A DNA stretch of 64,000 bases, from contig JAEOTA010000054.1 in assembly GCA_016840085.1 (NCBI GenBank), positions 96,001 to 160,000 of the forward strand, in the 5' to 3' direction. This stretch comes from Promethearchaeota archaeon (lineage in GTDB: Archaea > Asgardarchaeota > Lokiarchaeia > Sigyniarchaeales > SOKP01). The first letter of the stretch is position 1, and every line of letters begins with the position of its first letter. The position numbers were made by a program, and so were the translations under genes. Below the pieces are notes generated by a model. It did not search any database. It saw only the letters and a program-made list of their open reading frames with translations, and was not told where the DNA came from. Shown here piece after piece: positions 40,689 to 51,523 of the stretch.

Positions 40689-42029
40689 ATGTTCATAAAA
40701 GAAGAATTACAGTTCTACGAGAAAAATAGGCCTAAATCAAAAGAAATTTGGAAAAAAGCACTTGAGACCTTACCAGGAGGGATATCTCATAATATTCGAA
40801 CTTTTGGATTGCATTTAATAGGAGGCTTCCCAGTATTTATTAATTCTGGTGATGGCCCAAATCTTAAGGATATAGACGACAATGAATATATTGATTGTTG
40901 GTGCGGTCATTTCGCTATGATCTTAGGACATAATCCTCCTGAAATTAGAGAAAGAGTTAAAGAATATTTAGCATATGGATGGCATTTTGGAACGAATACA
41001 GAATACCAAGTTAAACTTGCAGAAACTATAATTAAGAGTAATCCTGGAATTGAAAAAATTAGATTTTGTGTCACTGGGACAGAAGCCACAATGTATGCTT
41101 CTCGGTTAGCTCGAGCTTTCACTAAAAAGAGACTTATAGCAAAAGCTAAAGCAGGATGGCATGGTGCAAATGATACTTTATCCTATGATATAGGAGGGTT
41201 AAAAAGTGTAGAACTATCCCCGGGGCTACTCAAAGCTGAACAAGCAGGTATCAAAACATTTGAGATCAACAGTGAAGAAATATTTCATATTATAAAGGAA
41301 AATTCTAATGAATTAGCTGCGATAATTTTAGAACCTGTGTTAGGAGGTGGTGGAGGATTTCCTGCTGATCCAGAATATTTAAAAAGATTAAGAGAGGAAA
41401 CGGAGAGAAATGGCATTCTTCTTATTTTTGACGAGGTGATAACAGGATATCGTTTTACCAACAGCTTATTTCAGAATGAATTAGGAGTAATCCCTGATTT
41501 AACAACTATGGGGAAAATTGTAGGTGGTGGATTTCCGATTGGTGCTATAGGTGGACGTAAAGAAATTATCGATCAGTCTAGTCCCGATGCGGTTAATCAA
41601 GTGTTAATTGGGGGTGGAACTTTTTCTGGATATCCACTTAGTATGATAGCAGGTTTAAAAACGTTAGAAATATTAAATAACTCGCAAAAGGAATATTCGC
41701 GAATAGGTCAAGAGGGTGATAGATTATTGAATAATCTAAATCAATTTTTCAATGAAGAAAAACTAAAGATTATTGCTAAAGGACATAAATCAATAATAAT
41801 GCTTCATGCCCTTACTAAATGGATTGAACAACCTACAATGCGAGAAATTTTTGAATTTAAGGATAGAAAACGAGAAGCACTACTCCAATTAGCTCTTTTT
41901 AATCGAAATATATCAGGGTTACATGGCTTAGGTTCCATTTCAATGGCTCATACTCATGAAAATGTAGCTAAAATACAAGAGGTTGTAGAAAAAATTGCAC
42001 ATCCCGTTTCACAATCAGAATTTAATTAA
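40689..42029 (+). CDS. Class III PLP aminotransferase (glutamate-1-semialdehyde aminomutase-like)
   Basis: DIDDNEYID, GTEATM, LIFDEVITGYR, PDLTTMGKIVGGGFPIGA, GGTFSG. Confidence 0.88.
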   Translation: MFIKEELQFYEKNRPKSKEIWKKALETLPGGISHNIRTFGLHLIGGFPVFINSGDGPNLKDIDDNEYIDCWCGHFAMILGHNPPEIRERVKEYLAYGWHFGTNTEYQVKLAETIIKSNPGIEKIRFCVTGTEATMYASRLARAFTKKRLIAKAKAGWHGANDTLSYDIGGLKSVELSPGLLKAEQAGIKTFEINSEEIFHIIKENSNELAAIILEPVLGGGGGFPADPEYLKRLREETERNGILLIFDEVITGYRFTNSLFQNELGVIPDLTTMGKIVGGGFPIGAIGGRKEIIDQSSPDAVNQVLIGGGTFSGYPLSMIAGLKTLEILNNSQKEYSRIGQEGDRLLNNLNQFFNEEKLKIIAKGHKSIIMLHALTKWIEQPTMREIFEFKDRKREALLQLALFNRNISGLHGLGSISMAHTHENVAKIQEVVEKIAHPVSQSEFN

Positions 42030-42053
42030 ATTTAACTAAAAAAGGTAGATAAA

Positions 42054-43085
42054 ATGAATAAACCATTTGATGTTATACAAGTAGGGTTAGGGCCAATGGG
42101 AAGAATTATTGCTAAGCTCCTTATACAACGTAAAAATATTAATCTTGAGGGTGTTGTTGATATTAACCCTCAATTTATAGGAAAAAAGTTAAATGAAATT
42201 TTAGACATAGAAGAACAATCTAATCTTATAATTGAATCTGATTTGGATAATATTATTTCTAGTGAAAAGGTTGATGTAATCTTTATAGCGACATCTTCTT
42301 CCTTGGAAAAAGTAATTCCAATAATTAAAAGAGCAATTAAATCAGGAAGTAATGTTATTTCGATATGTGAAGAATTATCTTATCCATTTCAATTTTATCC
42401 TAAGCTTTCTGAAGACATAGATAAATTAGCAAAATCTAATAATGTTACAGTAGTTGGAACAGGAATTAATCCGGGATATCTTATGGATTTATTGCCTATT
42501 GTCATTACTGCACCATGTCAGAAGGTAAAGTCAATAAAAGTAACAAGAATGATGAATTCTGATAAAAGAAGAGAATCATTCCAACGAAAAATAGGTACTG
42601 GCTTAACTTCTGAAGAATTTCATCAAAAAATTAATAATAAAGAGATTACTGGTCATGTTGGGCTAAAAGAATCTATTCAAATGATTATTGCAGCACTTGG
42701 TATTCAATATGATGAACTCATCGAAATCCCTCCTGAAGAAATAATAACTGAGAAGGAATTCATAACGTCTTATGGAGTTATTGTTCCAGAAGGATATGTT
42801 TGTGGCTTACAGAGTAAAGCAATGGCGAAAAAGGAAGGTAAAGAAATTATCTTATTAGATTTTATAGCTTATGCTGGTGACCATGAAGAATATGATAGCA
42901 TAGAGATAGAAGGAGTACCATCCATACATCAAAAAATTATTGGTGGCGTTCATGGTGATTTAGGTACTGCAGCAGTGGTTGCTAATTTGATTCCAAAAGT
43001 CATAGATGCGAAAGCAGGGCTATTAACAATGAAAGATCTTCCTGTGTCTTGTTATACTGGAAATATCTGGAAAAATAATACTTAA
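42054..43085 (+). CDS. 2,4-diaminopentanoate dehydrogenase / DapB-like NAD(P) oxidoreductase
   Basis: QVGLGPMG, NVISICEEL, GTGINPGYLMD, GHVGLKES, GGVHGDLGT. Confidence 0.8.
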   Translation: MNKPFDVIQVGLGPMGRIIAKLLIQRKNINLEGVVDINPQFIGKKLNEILDIEEQSNLIIESDLDNIISSEKVDVIFIATSSSLEKVIPIIKRAIKSGSNVISICEELSYPFQFYPKLSEDIDKLAKSNNVTVVGTGINPGYLMDLLPIVITAPCQKVKSIKVTRMMNSDKRRESFQRKIGTGLTSEEFHQKINNKEITGHVGLKESIQMIIAALGIQYDELIEIPPEEIITEKEFITSYGVIVPEGYVCGLQSKAMAKKEGKEIILLDFIAYAGDHEEYDSIEIEGVPSIHQKIIGGVHGDLGTAAVVANLIPKVIDAKAGLLTMKDLPVSCYTGNIWKNNT

Positions 43086-43303
43086 TTTTAAAAAAATTAA
43101 TAGAAAAAATTTTAAATTTTTTAGAAAACTGATAGGAAAGTAAAGTTCAATAGAAGGAATTGAGTTTGAGAAATAAAATTTTACATTTGCTAATATTTTT
43201 AAAATTTATAAATTTTAAATAGTAAAACAATTTAATAAACAATATTAGAAATTTTAATTTAGAAAATTATTTGCGTATTTATCATCTTTAAATGGCGAAA
43301 AAA

Positions 43304-46300
43304 ATGAAAAATAAAAAAAATCTGAGTTTAATAATATTACTTTTATTATTTCTTCAATCTTTTATCGTATAATCTACTTTAATTTTAATAATAAAGAGGG
43401 AAATGAAGTAAAAAATATCGATCTGGGATTATCTGATATTATTATAGGAAATTATACCGTTCCAGGAGTCTCAGTATCGATTCCTTCACATCAATTAATT
43501 AAAATAGGCATGCTTGGTGATTTGGAGCATGTCACTGGAGATCATAATTGGAAAGGAGCATTACTGGCTGCAGAGGAAATTAACGAAGCAGGTGGAATTG
43601 ATATTTATGGTAATGGTACAAATCATTATATAGGATTAGCTGCTGAGGATACAGATGAAGCTAATGAAACATTGGTTGTATCTAAGGGAGTAGCTGCTGC
43701 AAATAGAATGATATCGTATAATGATCCACATTTCATTATAGGTGGCTTTCGAAATGAATCTGTTTCAGCATATCTTGAGCCTGTTATGGACGCCCAAATC
43801 CCATTCTTAGGTACTGGTATTGCAGATAATGAATTTTGCCAAAAAGTTAATGATTCATATAATAGATATAAATATATCTTTCGTGTTATGCCAATGAATT
43901 CGACTTCACTCGGTGTAGCAATCCTTTATTATATTGGGCATCTTACTCAAGGTCTAAGTGTGCAATATGGTGGAACACTGAATAAAGTTGCTATTCTTCG
44001 AGAAGATTTACCTTGGACGGAAGGATTAAGTTTCATGCTTAATTATTATTTACCAGATTGGTTTCTAACGGTTGAAGAAGAAATTGCCTTTCCTATAGAT
44101 GCAACTGAAGAAGATTTTAATATTTATTGGAACACTATCGACAGTGCAGGGGTCCAATTAACAATTCCAATTGTCTCAAGCCGTGCTGCGATAACAATGG
44201 TAAAATCTTATAGAGAAAATAAACCTAAATGCCTTTTAGCTGGTATAAATGTATTAGCCCAATTAGATTCTTATTGGGATGATACTGAAGGAGCGTGTCA
44301 ATATGAAATCTTAATGCAAGCTATTCATCGAACCGATAAAACTCCTAAAACAATTCCATTTTGGGATAGTTTTGTAGAAAAATATAATATCGAACCATAT
44401 TATATTGGGGTTGGATCCTATGATGCTGTTAGATTGTTGGCAAATGTTAGTGATAGTATTAACTCTTTTAATTCAGATGATATTGTTATTGCGTTGGAGG
44501 AATTTAATCAAACTAACTCTTTTATCGGTGTTAGTTGTAATATAGCTTTTACTAATGCTCATGATTTAGTAGAAGGATATCCTTACGCTTTTACTCTTTT
44601 TTGTCAATGGCAATTAGACGGGAGTAAAGTTGTGGTCCGTTCATATGTTCCTTCGCCAAATCCAGGTTATTACCCTACTTCTCTTGCAACGGGGCCTATT
44701 TCCGTTCCATATTGGGGTATTAATAATCTTGTAGCAGCACAGGATTTACCAGGAAATTTTTCATTAGATAGTACTGCTGAAAGTCCTGATCCCGATGGAT
44801 CTTTCAATCTGACATGGTCAAATTCTGTAGGGGCAGATAATTATTCCGTATACCTCTATGATAAACCTATTACATATATAAATAAAAGCCTTACCTTACT
44901 CGCTAATCAAAATGCAACAACTCCATTTTCAATATCCGGTTTAGAAAGTGGTGATTATTTTTTTGTTGTAGTAGCTTACAATGAAACAGGTGAAACATTA
45001 TCAAATAATGTTAACGTAACCGTAGAACTCCCTGGACCGGGTGCTTTTACACTAACTAGTGATGCTGACTCCCCAGATATCGATGGTGCTTTTAATTTAA
45101 CATGGACAGCTTCAGATGGAGCAGATAATTATTCCGTATTTTCATATAATAGATTTATAACTTGGATTAATGATAGTACTACAATATATGCTAATCAATC
45201 TGCGATACCACCATTTCCAATTATAGAATTGGAATCTGGCGATTATTATTTTGTTGTAGTCGCTTACAACGAAGCAGGAGATACTCTGTCGAATAATCTC
45301 TATGTTAAAGTAGATCCTAGTGGTTATTGGATATTAAATCCATTAATTATTGATGATACGGGTACAGGAGATTATACCTGGTCGCAAGTTGCTACTCAAC
45401 CATGGTGCAGTGGTTCTGGAACCTCAGTTAATCCATATATACTTGAAACTCTTAAAATTGATGGTAAAAATTCTGAGAATTGTATTATTATAAGGAATTC
45501 TAAAATTTATTTTACAATAAAGGATAGTGTCTTATATAATTCTGGTTCTAATTCCAACCATGGTGGTCTGAAACTAGTATCTGTTTCAAATGGAGAATTG
45601 ATCTCTAATAACTGCTCTCGGAATAATGCCAATGGGATTATTTTAGATTCTTGTCATGATATTGATATGTCGGTAAACTCAGTGAGTCAAAATGAGTTGA
45701 GTGGGATACTACTTATTAATAGTACTAATATCAACATCAAGAATAATAATGAGACAATTAATCAAAACAAACTCTATGGAATTTATTTAGATAATAGTCA
45801 TAATAATGATATTACGGGAAATACAATAAATTATAATCGAATTGGAATTTATTTTTATGAATCTAACTATAATACCATAGCAAATAATGATTTAAGATAT
45901 AATGATAAACCTTATGAAGAAGTTGATTGTGTTGGAAATACCTTCGAAAATAACCTTGGTATAAGAAGGGAAACTCCATTTCCTTTTGACATCTTATTAA
46001 TTATTCTTATAGTAGTGATTGCTATTGTTGGAGTGATAGCTGCTGCGTTAATAGTAAAGAAAAGAATATCAATGCCAGAGAAGAAGGAAAAAGAAATAAG
46101 TGAGTCCAAAAAACAAAAAATTAGAAGGAAGCTTGAAGAAAAATTAAATTTTGTTGATCATCTCATAAAGGAAAATAAGATAAAATTAGCTTATAAAAAT
46201 TTAGGAAAAGTAAAAGATACAGCGGATCAATATGAATTCTTCGATATTTTTAATAAAGCGAATGAAAAAGTCGAAATTTGTAAGGAAGTAGAAGCAGGAA

Positions 46301-46803
46301 TTTATAAAGAAGTGAAAAAAGAAGATATAGTTTTACCTAGAGTAGCTCAAGTGGAGGAAAAAGTAAAAGAAGAAAAAGAAATTATACCAGTAATAGAAAA
46401 AAGAAAAGAATTCAATATATTTCTCAGTTATTCTACATTAGACTCAATTCGTTTTCAAATAGACAAAATCGCTAAAAATTTAGAAAAATTTCCAGAAATA
46501 AAAAAAGTATATTATTATAGTAAAGATAGTGGTCAAAATATAGTGGAATATATGGAAGAGACATTAAGTGTGTGTAATATCTTTGTTTTATTTTGTACTA
46601 AGCACTCTAAGAAATCAAAAGCTGTTGAAGGGGAGTGGCAATCAGCTTACCAATTAGTTAAGAAAAACATAATGAAAATTATACCTGTTTATGAAGATGA
46701 AGAAGATGTACCCATCTTATTAATTCCTATGTTGAATGTCAGATATGATAAAGAGGATTTTAATGGATTTATAAACAAACTGTACCAAGAAATTTTAAGA
46801 TAA
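43304..46803 (+). CDS. Single-pass receptor-like protein: LIVBP-type solute-binding domain, 2 FN3-like repeats, beta-helix, TM, TIR domain; N-terminal signal peptide out of frame
   Basis: KIGMLG...GALLAAEEINEAGG; two FxLTW..S.GADNYSV repeats; NosD-like GIYL..S.NN.I..N; TM ILLIILIVVIAIVGVIAAALIV; TIR FNIFLSYS...FVLFCT..SK.VEGEW. Main frame is open from 43315; ATG 43304 gives MKNKKNLSLIILLLLFLQSFIV* in another frame. Confidence 0.8.
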
Positions 46804-46872
46804 AATATCTTTACTTTTTTTTTTCTCTAAAAATAGATGGTATAATTATTTTTTAATATATTCAAGAAATAA

Positions 46873-47859
46873 TTAGAGTACAGCATTTATAGGAAAATAT
46901 AATATGATAGCGAGAAGTGCAGACATAGGAAAGGTTAATAACCAAATTGCAACTATTTTCCAAATTCCTTTTTTCATTGGTGTATTACTCGCTTTTGATA
47001 ATCCTACTAATGATGCCACAAGCAAATGAGAACCAGAAAGAGGAATTTTTTGAATGGTTCCAATAAGCATGACGGCTGCAGTTGGCACTTGTACTGCAAA
47101 TGCCGTACTTGGGCGAAGTTCAGTCACTTTACCTAAGTTTTTAATAACAATTCTCCCTAAGACCACAATGCCAGCCGCTAAACCAAAACCCGTGATAATA
47201 AGTAACGCAGTTAGATTAATATCATCTCCAACTCCAACAACTATTCCAACTGCGTTAGAACAATCATTTCCCGCTCTAGAGAAGGCAGTAACACATATTA
47301 CAATTAAAATTATATAGGTATATATATTCTCTGATCTTTCATAGTCCTGGAATCCCTTTAAATGCTTAATTTTATGCTTGTGAAGTATCTTAACAACGAG
47401 AAATGTTACTAAAAATCCAACTATCGGAGATAATAACCACCATATACTCATTCCTAGTATTGTATCCCAATTTACACCACCTATACTTCCCAACATCACT
47501 CCTAATCCCATAATTCCTCCTATTGTAGAATGAGTTGATGATATTGGAAGTCCTAAAGCACTGGATAATATTAACCAAATAGCAGTTGAGATCAATATAG
47601 TCAAAACAACAGCATTCTGGCTAATACCAGTAGTTTCATAATCTATTAAAAGGATCTTGTCACCTACTGATTTAGCAACTCCTTCTCCTAAAAATATAGC
47701 ACCAGTGATAGCAAAAATCGCTGCTAAAATGAGAATTTGTTTCATATTAAGAATTCTTGATCCATATAGCGGAGCCATCGTTTCATCGTTAGCTCCGATG
47801 GCTATTGATATTACGATAGACATTATTAGAAATATCATTATAATTACAGCAAGATCCAT
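46873..47859 (-). CDS. Inorganic phosphate transporter, PiT family
   Basis: IGAND, GLPISSTHS, AGNDCSNAVG, IPLSGSH. Confidence 0.92.
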   Translation of the reverse strand: MDLAVIIMIFLIMSIVISIAIGANDETMAPLYGSRILNMKQILILAAIFAITGAIFLGEGVAKSVGDKILLIDYETTGISQNAVVLTILISTAIWLILSSALGLPISSTHSTIGGIMGLGVMLGSIGGVNWDTILGMSIWWLLSPIVGFLVTFLVVKILHKHKIKHLKGFQDYERSENIYTYIILIVICVTAFSRAGNDCSNAVGIVVGVGDDINLTALLIITGFGLAAGIVVLGRIVIKNLGKVTELRPSTAFAVQVPTAAVMLIGTIQKIPLSGSHLLVASLVGLSKASNTPMKKGIWKIVAIWLLTFPMSALLAIILYFPINAVL

Positions 47860-47896
47860 TGTTATCTTTTCTCCCTTTGTTTTATTTTCTTGTTTT

Positions 47897-48553
47897 CTAT
47901 TTGCTTGGATATTTTATAATTAAACTTCTAAGAAAATCACTAATTTCTTCAGCCCTTACGATCATATCAAATAATTTTATGCAAATTTTTGATGTTAGGT
48001 ATACTTGAAGGGATTTTTCTTCTGATTTTTGATATATCACTTCTAAGATATTGAATTTGGATTCACGAGCACGTCGCTTAAGAGTCTCAATATCGAATGA
48101 CATTTGGTAAGCTGTTTTAAAATCTGTCTCCATAAGTCTTATCATTTCGATAAGATTTTTTATAGTCTCTTCACATATGTCATTTAATAATTTCAGATCC
48201 TCCTTGATATCATCATAAAGGTCAAAAGGATACACTTTCAAACTACGAGCAAGCTCTTCTGAGTTATCCGAGATAATATCTATATACTTAATTAATCTAT
48301 AACGATCTTCAACTAAAAAAGGAAGAGCGCGTTTATCCGAATAAAGACTATTAATGTAATTTTCTTTTGCAATGTCAGCATTATGTTCAGATTGTACTAC
48401 TTCTTCTAATTTGTTTTTATTTAGCTTTCCATCTATTAGATCATTAATACAATCATGGAGCAAGTGTGAGCCTTTCAAAACTTCTGTGTAGAATTCCTTC
48501 GCAGTATTTAATAATTTATTTTTCTTATCTTGTTTTAATTTCATTTTATTCAC
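47897..48553 (-). CDS. DUF47 / PhoU-like phosphate transport regulator
   Basis: SEHNADIAK...LPFLVEDRYRL..ID; directly upstream of PiT. Confidence 0.85.
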   Translation of the reverse strand: MNKMKLKQDKKNKLLNTAKEFYTEVLKGSHLLHDCINDLIDGKLNKNKLEEVVQSEHNADIAKENYINSLYSDKRALPFLVEDRYRLIKYIDIISDNSEELARSLKVYPFDLYDDIKEDLKLLNDICEETIKNLIEMIRLMETDFKTAYQMSFDIETLKRRARESKFNILEVIYQKSEEKSLQVYLTSKICIKLFDMIVRAEEISDFLRSLIIKYPSK

Positions 48554-48743
48554 ATCAAGAATTAATTTTATAATATACGCCTAAAGGAATATAATAGTAA
48601 TCATTAAGATTTAATTACATAAAAGTTTTTTAAAAATAACAATAATACATTTCTTCACTAAGTATCTCTCTGGTAGAACCATTTTTACTACAAAAATAGT
48701 ATTCTGATTATTTTTAACAGACAGAAAAATTAGATCTAGTACC

Positions 48744-49304
48744 TTGCCCTATACTGAAATAAAATTTAGAGATATAATATTCGATCCAGAAGTTCAATCT
48801 TATTGTGTTAATTCCAATTTCAAGTGTCCTAATTATAATCATTCTTGGGCATGTCCTCCTGAAGCACCTTATCTTGAAAAGGAAGTTTCTACATTTAATA
48901 AATTCTTTCTTATTTATTATAAATGTGATTTAAATGAACATATAGAAAAAGAAAAATTGAAGCATCCTAACCAAAGTGAGAAAAGAATAAGAAACAAGCT
49001 TCTAATGACTAATTTTCTAAGAGATAAATTAGAACAGGAAATTTTTGAATTTCTTAACGAATTTCAAGACAATTATAAACAAAAATTTGTTTTATGGGAT
49101 GGACATTGCCGAGTCTGTTATAATATACTAGATAAGGATTGCTCTTATGATAGTGGTGAACCATGTAGATATCTTGATAAAATAAGATATTCAATGGAAG
49201 CGGTAGGTATAGATGTTACTAAAACTGTAAGAAATGTGGATCTTGATATCGAATGGCCACCAATTAATTATATTTATCGATTTGGTTTAATATGTATTAA
49301 ATAA
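48744..49304 (+). CDS. DUF2284 family metal-binding protein
   Basis: CPNYNHSWACPP, CRVC...C...PCRY...RYSMEAVGIDV. Confidence 0.85.
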   Translation: MPYTEIKFRDIIFDPEVQSYCVNSNFKCPNYNHSWACPPEAPYLEKEVSTFNKFFLIYYKCDLNEHIEKEKLKHPNQSEKRIRNKLLMTNFLRDKLEQEIFEFLNEFQDNYKQKFVLWDGHCRVCYNILDKDCSYDSGEPCRYLDKIRYSMEAVGIDVTKTVRNVDLDIEWPPINYIYRFGLICIK

Positions 49305-49387
49305 AAAATAGCTAAACTAGACTTTTTATGTAGAAAAATAAAAACTGGACTACAGTTTTTTTTTATTTATTATTATATTTTTTTCAT

Positions 49388-49915
49388 TTGAGGAAAAAAA
49401 TTAGAATCATGGTTAACTGGACTCTTTTTCAAACTGGCTTTGATGTTTTTTGGGATGATCCAATTGGATGGTTTTTAAGCTTACCCTTATTTAGCCAAAT
49501 ATTAATTATTATTGGACTTATTGCACTTACTATAGCTGCTCTCGTTTTAGTCTATTATATCTTAAAAGGTCTTGCTTATTTATTATATTATATCTTTAAA
49601 GGGTTATATTATCTTTTTAAAGGAATTTTCCTTGGCTTCTATAAACTTTTTGAAGCATTTTATCATGCAATTTCAGGAAAACCCAAGAAAAATAGACAAG
49701 AAATATTACCTATTCCTGAAACCCCACAATTTTCTCGAGAATATTTTCCAAATAGAAATAAACAGAATAAATTTAAGATTCCTAATTATTGCACCGAATG
49801 TGGACAAAAAATAACAGAATCTATGAATTCCCTTCTAATTTCACGAGGTGTAGGTTATTGTTTTCATTGTGGTAAGGGGTTTAAGTTACAAATGACTTAT
49901 AATTCTAATTTTTAA
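49388..49915 (+). CDS. Membrane protein with C-terminal zinc ribbon
   Basis: Long hydrophobic N-terminal segment with YYI(L/F)KGL repeats; YCTECG...YCFHCG. Confidence 0.7.
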   Translation: MRKKIRIMVNWTLFQTGFDVFWDDPIGWFLSLPLFSQILIIIGLIALTIAALVLVYYILKGLAYLLYYIFKGLYYLFKGIFLGFYKLFEAFYHAISGKPKKNRQEILPIPETPQFSREYFPNRNKQNKFKIPNYCTECGQKITESMNSLLISRGVGYCFHCGKGFKLQMTYNSNF

Positions 49916-49965
49916 TATTTCTTCTGGTTAGAAATTAAAGTAAAATTAAAAAAAAAAAGAATTAC

Positions 49966-51298
49966 TCAAAAGATATTATTATCTAAGACTATCGTTTCCT
50001 TCCTATCCGGACCAATAGATATCATAGCTATATCTACTTGAAGCTCTTCTCTGATTGCTTGAAGGTATATTTTCATGGTGTCTGGTAAAGTGTCATATCC
50101 TTTTTCTGAAATTTCTAACCACTTATCTCTACTCCTTTCTTCCCATCCTTCAAATGATTTATAAATTGGTTGGCATTTTTCTATAATCTCATGCTGAATA
50201 GGCCAACTTTCGAGTGTTTCTCCATTTAGTTCATATGCAATACACATCTTAATGGTGGGTATTCCTTGCAGAGCATCCAATAAAGTTATGATAATCTTAT
50301 CAATTCCATTTATCATTATCCCATATTTAATATTAAAGAGATCAATCCATCCGACTCTGCGTGGTCTTCCTGTTACCGTACCGTATTCATGACCTTGTTC
50401 TCTAATTTTTTCAGCAGTATCATTAAATAATTCAGTTGGGAATTTACCCTCTCCCACTCTAGAAGTGTATGCTTTAATTATACCAACTACTTTATTAATT
50501 TTTTTAGGAGGTATTCCTGTTCCAGCAGAAATTCCAAGGGCATTAGCATTTGAAGAGGTACCAAATGGGTAACAACCATGATCTATACATAAGAGATTGC
50601 CTTGAGCTCCCTCGAAAACAACTCTTTTACCGCTATCTATAGCCTTATTTAAGTAATATGCTGTATCGATTACATATGGTTTTAGTTGTTTACCATAAGA
50701 CTTATATTCTTCATAAATAGATTCTAAATCAACGTTCCAGCTCGGATCGTAAACCTGTATTATATCTTTCTTAATTTTATATAATTTCTCTAATTTAGGT
50801 CTTAATACGTCAGGATTGATCAGATCATAAATTCTTAATCCCCAACGAGCCGCTTTATCCGAATATGTTGGTCCAATTCCTCGTTTTGTTGTACCAGCCC
50901 TATATTCTCCCTTTGATTTTTCTTCTAAGCTATCCAACGTGCGATGGAATGGGAAAATAACGTGGGCAGTAGAGCTTAATTTCAAATTAATTTTTTTATT
51001 GAGCTTTTTTAAATTTTCAATTTCTTCAAGAAGAACTTTTGGATCGACCACACATCCATTTGCAATAACACATTCCTTTTCAAGTGGAGCACCACTGGGA
51101 ATTAACTTGAATTTGTATTTAATTCCATTTGCATTGATCGTATGGCCTGCATTATTTCCGCCATTGTATCTTACGACAACATCTGCTTTTTGGGCTAAGT
51201 AATCGACGAATTTACCTTTTCCTTCGTTTGGGGTTAGCATGCGATTTGCCTTGCTAAGCTCCCCAACTTAACCCCATAATTGCTATATTATTACTCAT
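49966..51298 (-). CDS. purA: Adenylosuccinate synthetase, split by a 31-nt intron: complement(join(49966..51227,51259..51298)), 433 aa spliced
   Basis: RYNGGNNAGHT, GTTKRGIGPTY, FEGAQG, EYGTVTGRPRRVGW. Exon 1 gives MSNNIAIMGLSWG; splicing restores WGDEGKGK. Confidence 0.93.
51228..51258 (-). other. BHB-type (relaxed HBh') micro-intron in purA mRNA, 31 nt
   Basis: GGGG-[AG^C]-UUAGCA...UGCUAA-CCCC-[AA^A]; removal joins G+AC to give the catalytic Asp codon. Confidence 0.85.
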
Positions 51299-51523
51299 AA
51301 GTCATTTTCCATTTGACATTTTTTTAGAATTACATCATCTTATTTGATCCAAAAAAGATTATTACATACAATTTATAAAATTTTTGGTAGGTAAGAACGG
51401 ACATAAAAATGATATGAAATGATTTTTATATTCGAATTTTCTTTAAAATTATATCCTTATTTTGATAAACCATTAATAACAATAAAACTCCTTTAAAAAA
51501 ATTTCTTTTAAAATGCTGGAACT

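Noticed and set aside
43340-43410. A third BHB intron explaining the TIR-receptor frameshift
   Set aside because: Some AT-rich complementarity exists (TTTATTATT/AATAATAAA), but I could not build a 4-bp helix with correctly placed 3-nt bulges that restores the frame.
49966-51240. ORF-track start MLTPNEGKGK as the true purA start
   Set aside because: It lacks the first beta-strand and the catalytic Asp. The ATG lies inside the 31-nt intron, and the proper N-terminus is encoded at 51259..51298.
51228-51258. Assembly error or tandem duplication as the explanation for the insertions
   Set aside because: The insertions are not copies of flanking sequence, they base-pair internally and with exon 1, and their boundaries match BHB cut positions in two independent genes. 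Read-level confirmation is still needed.
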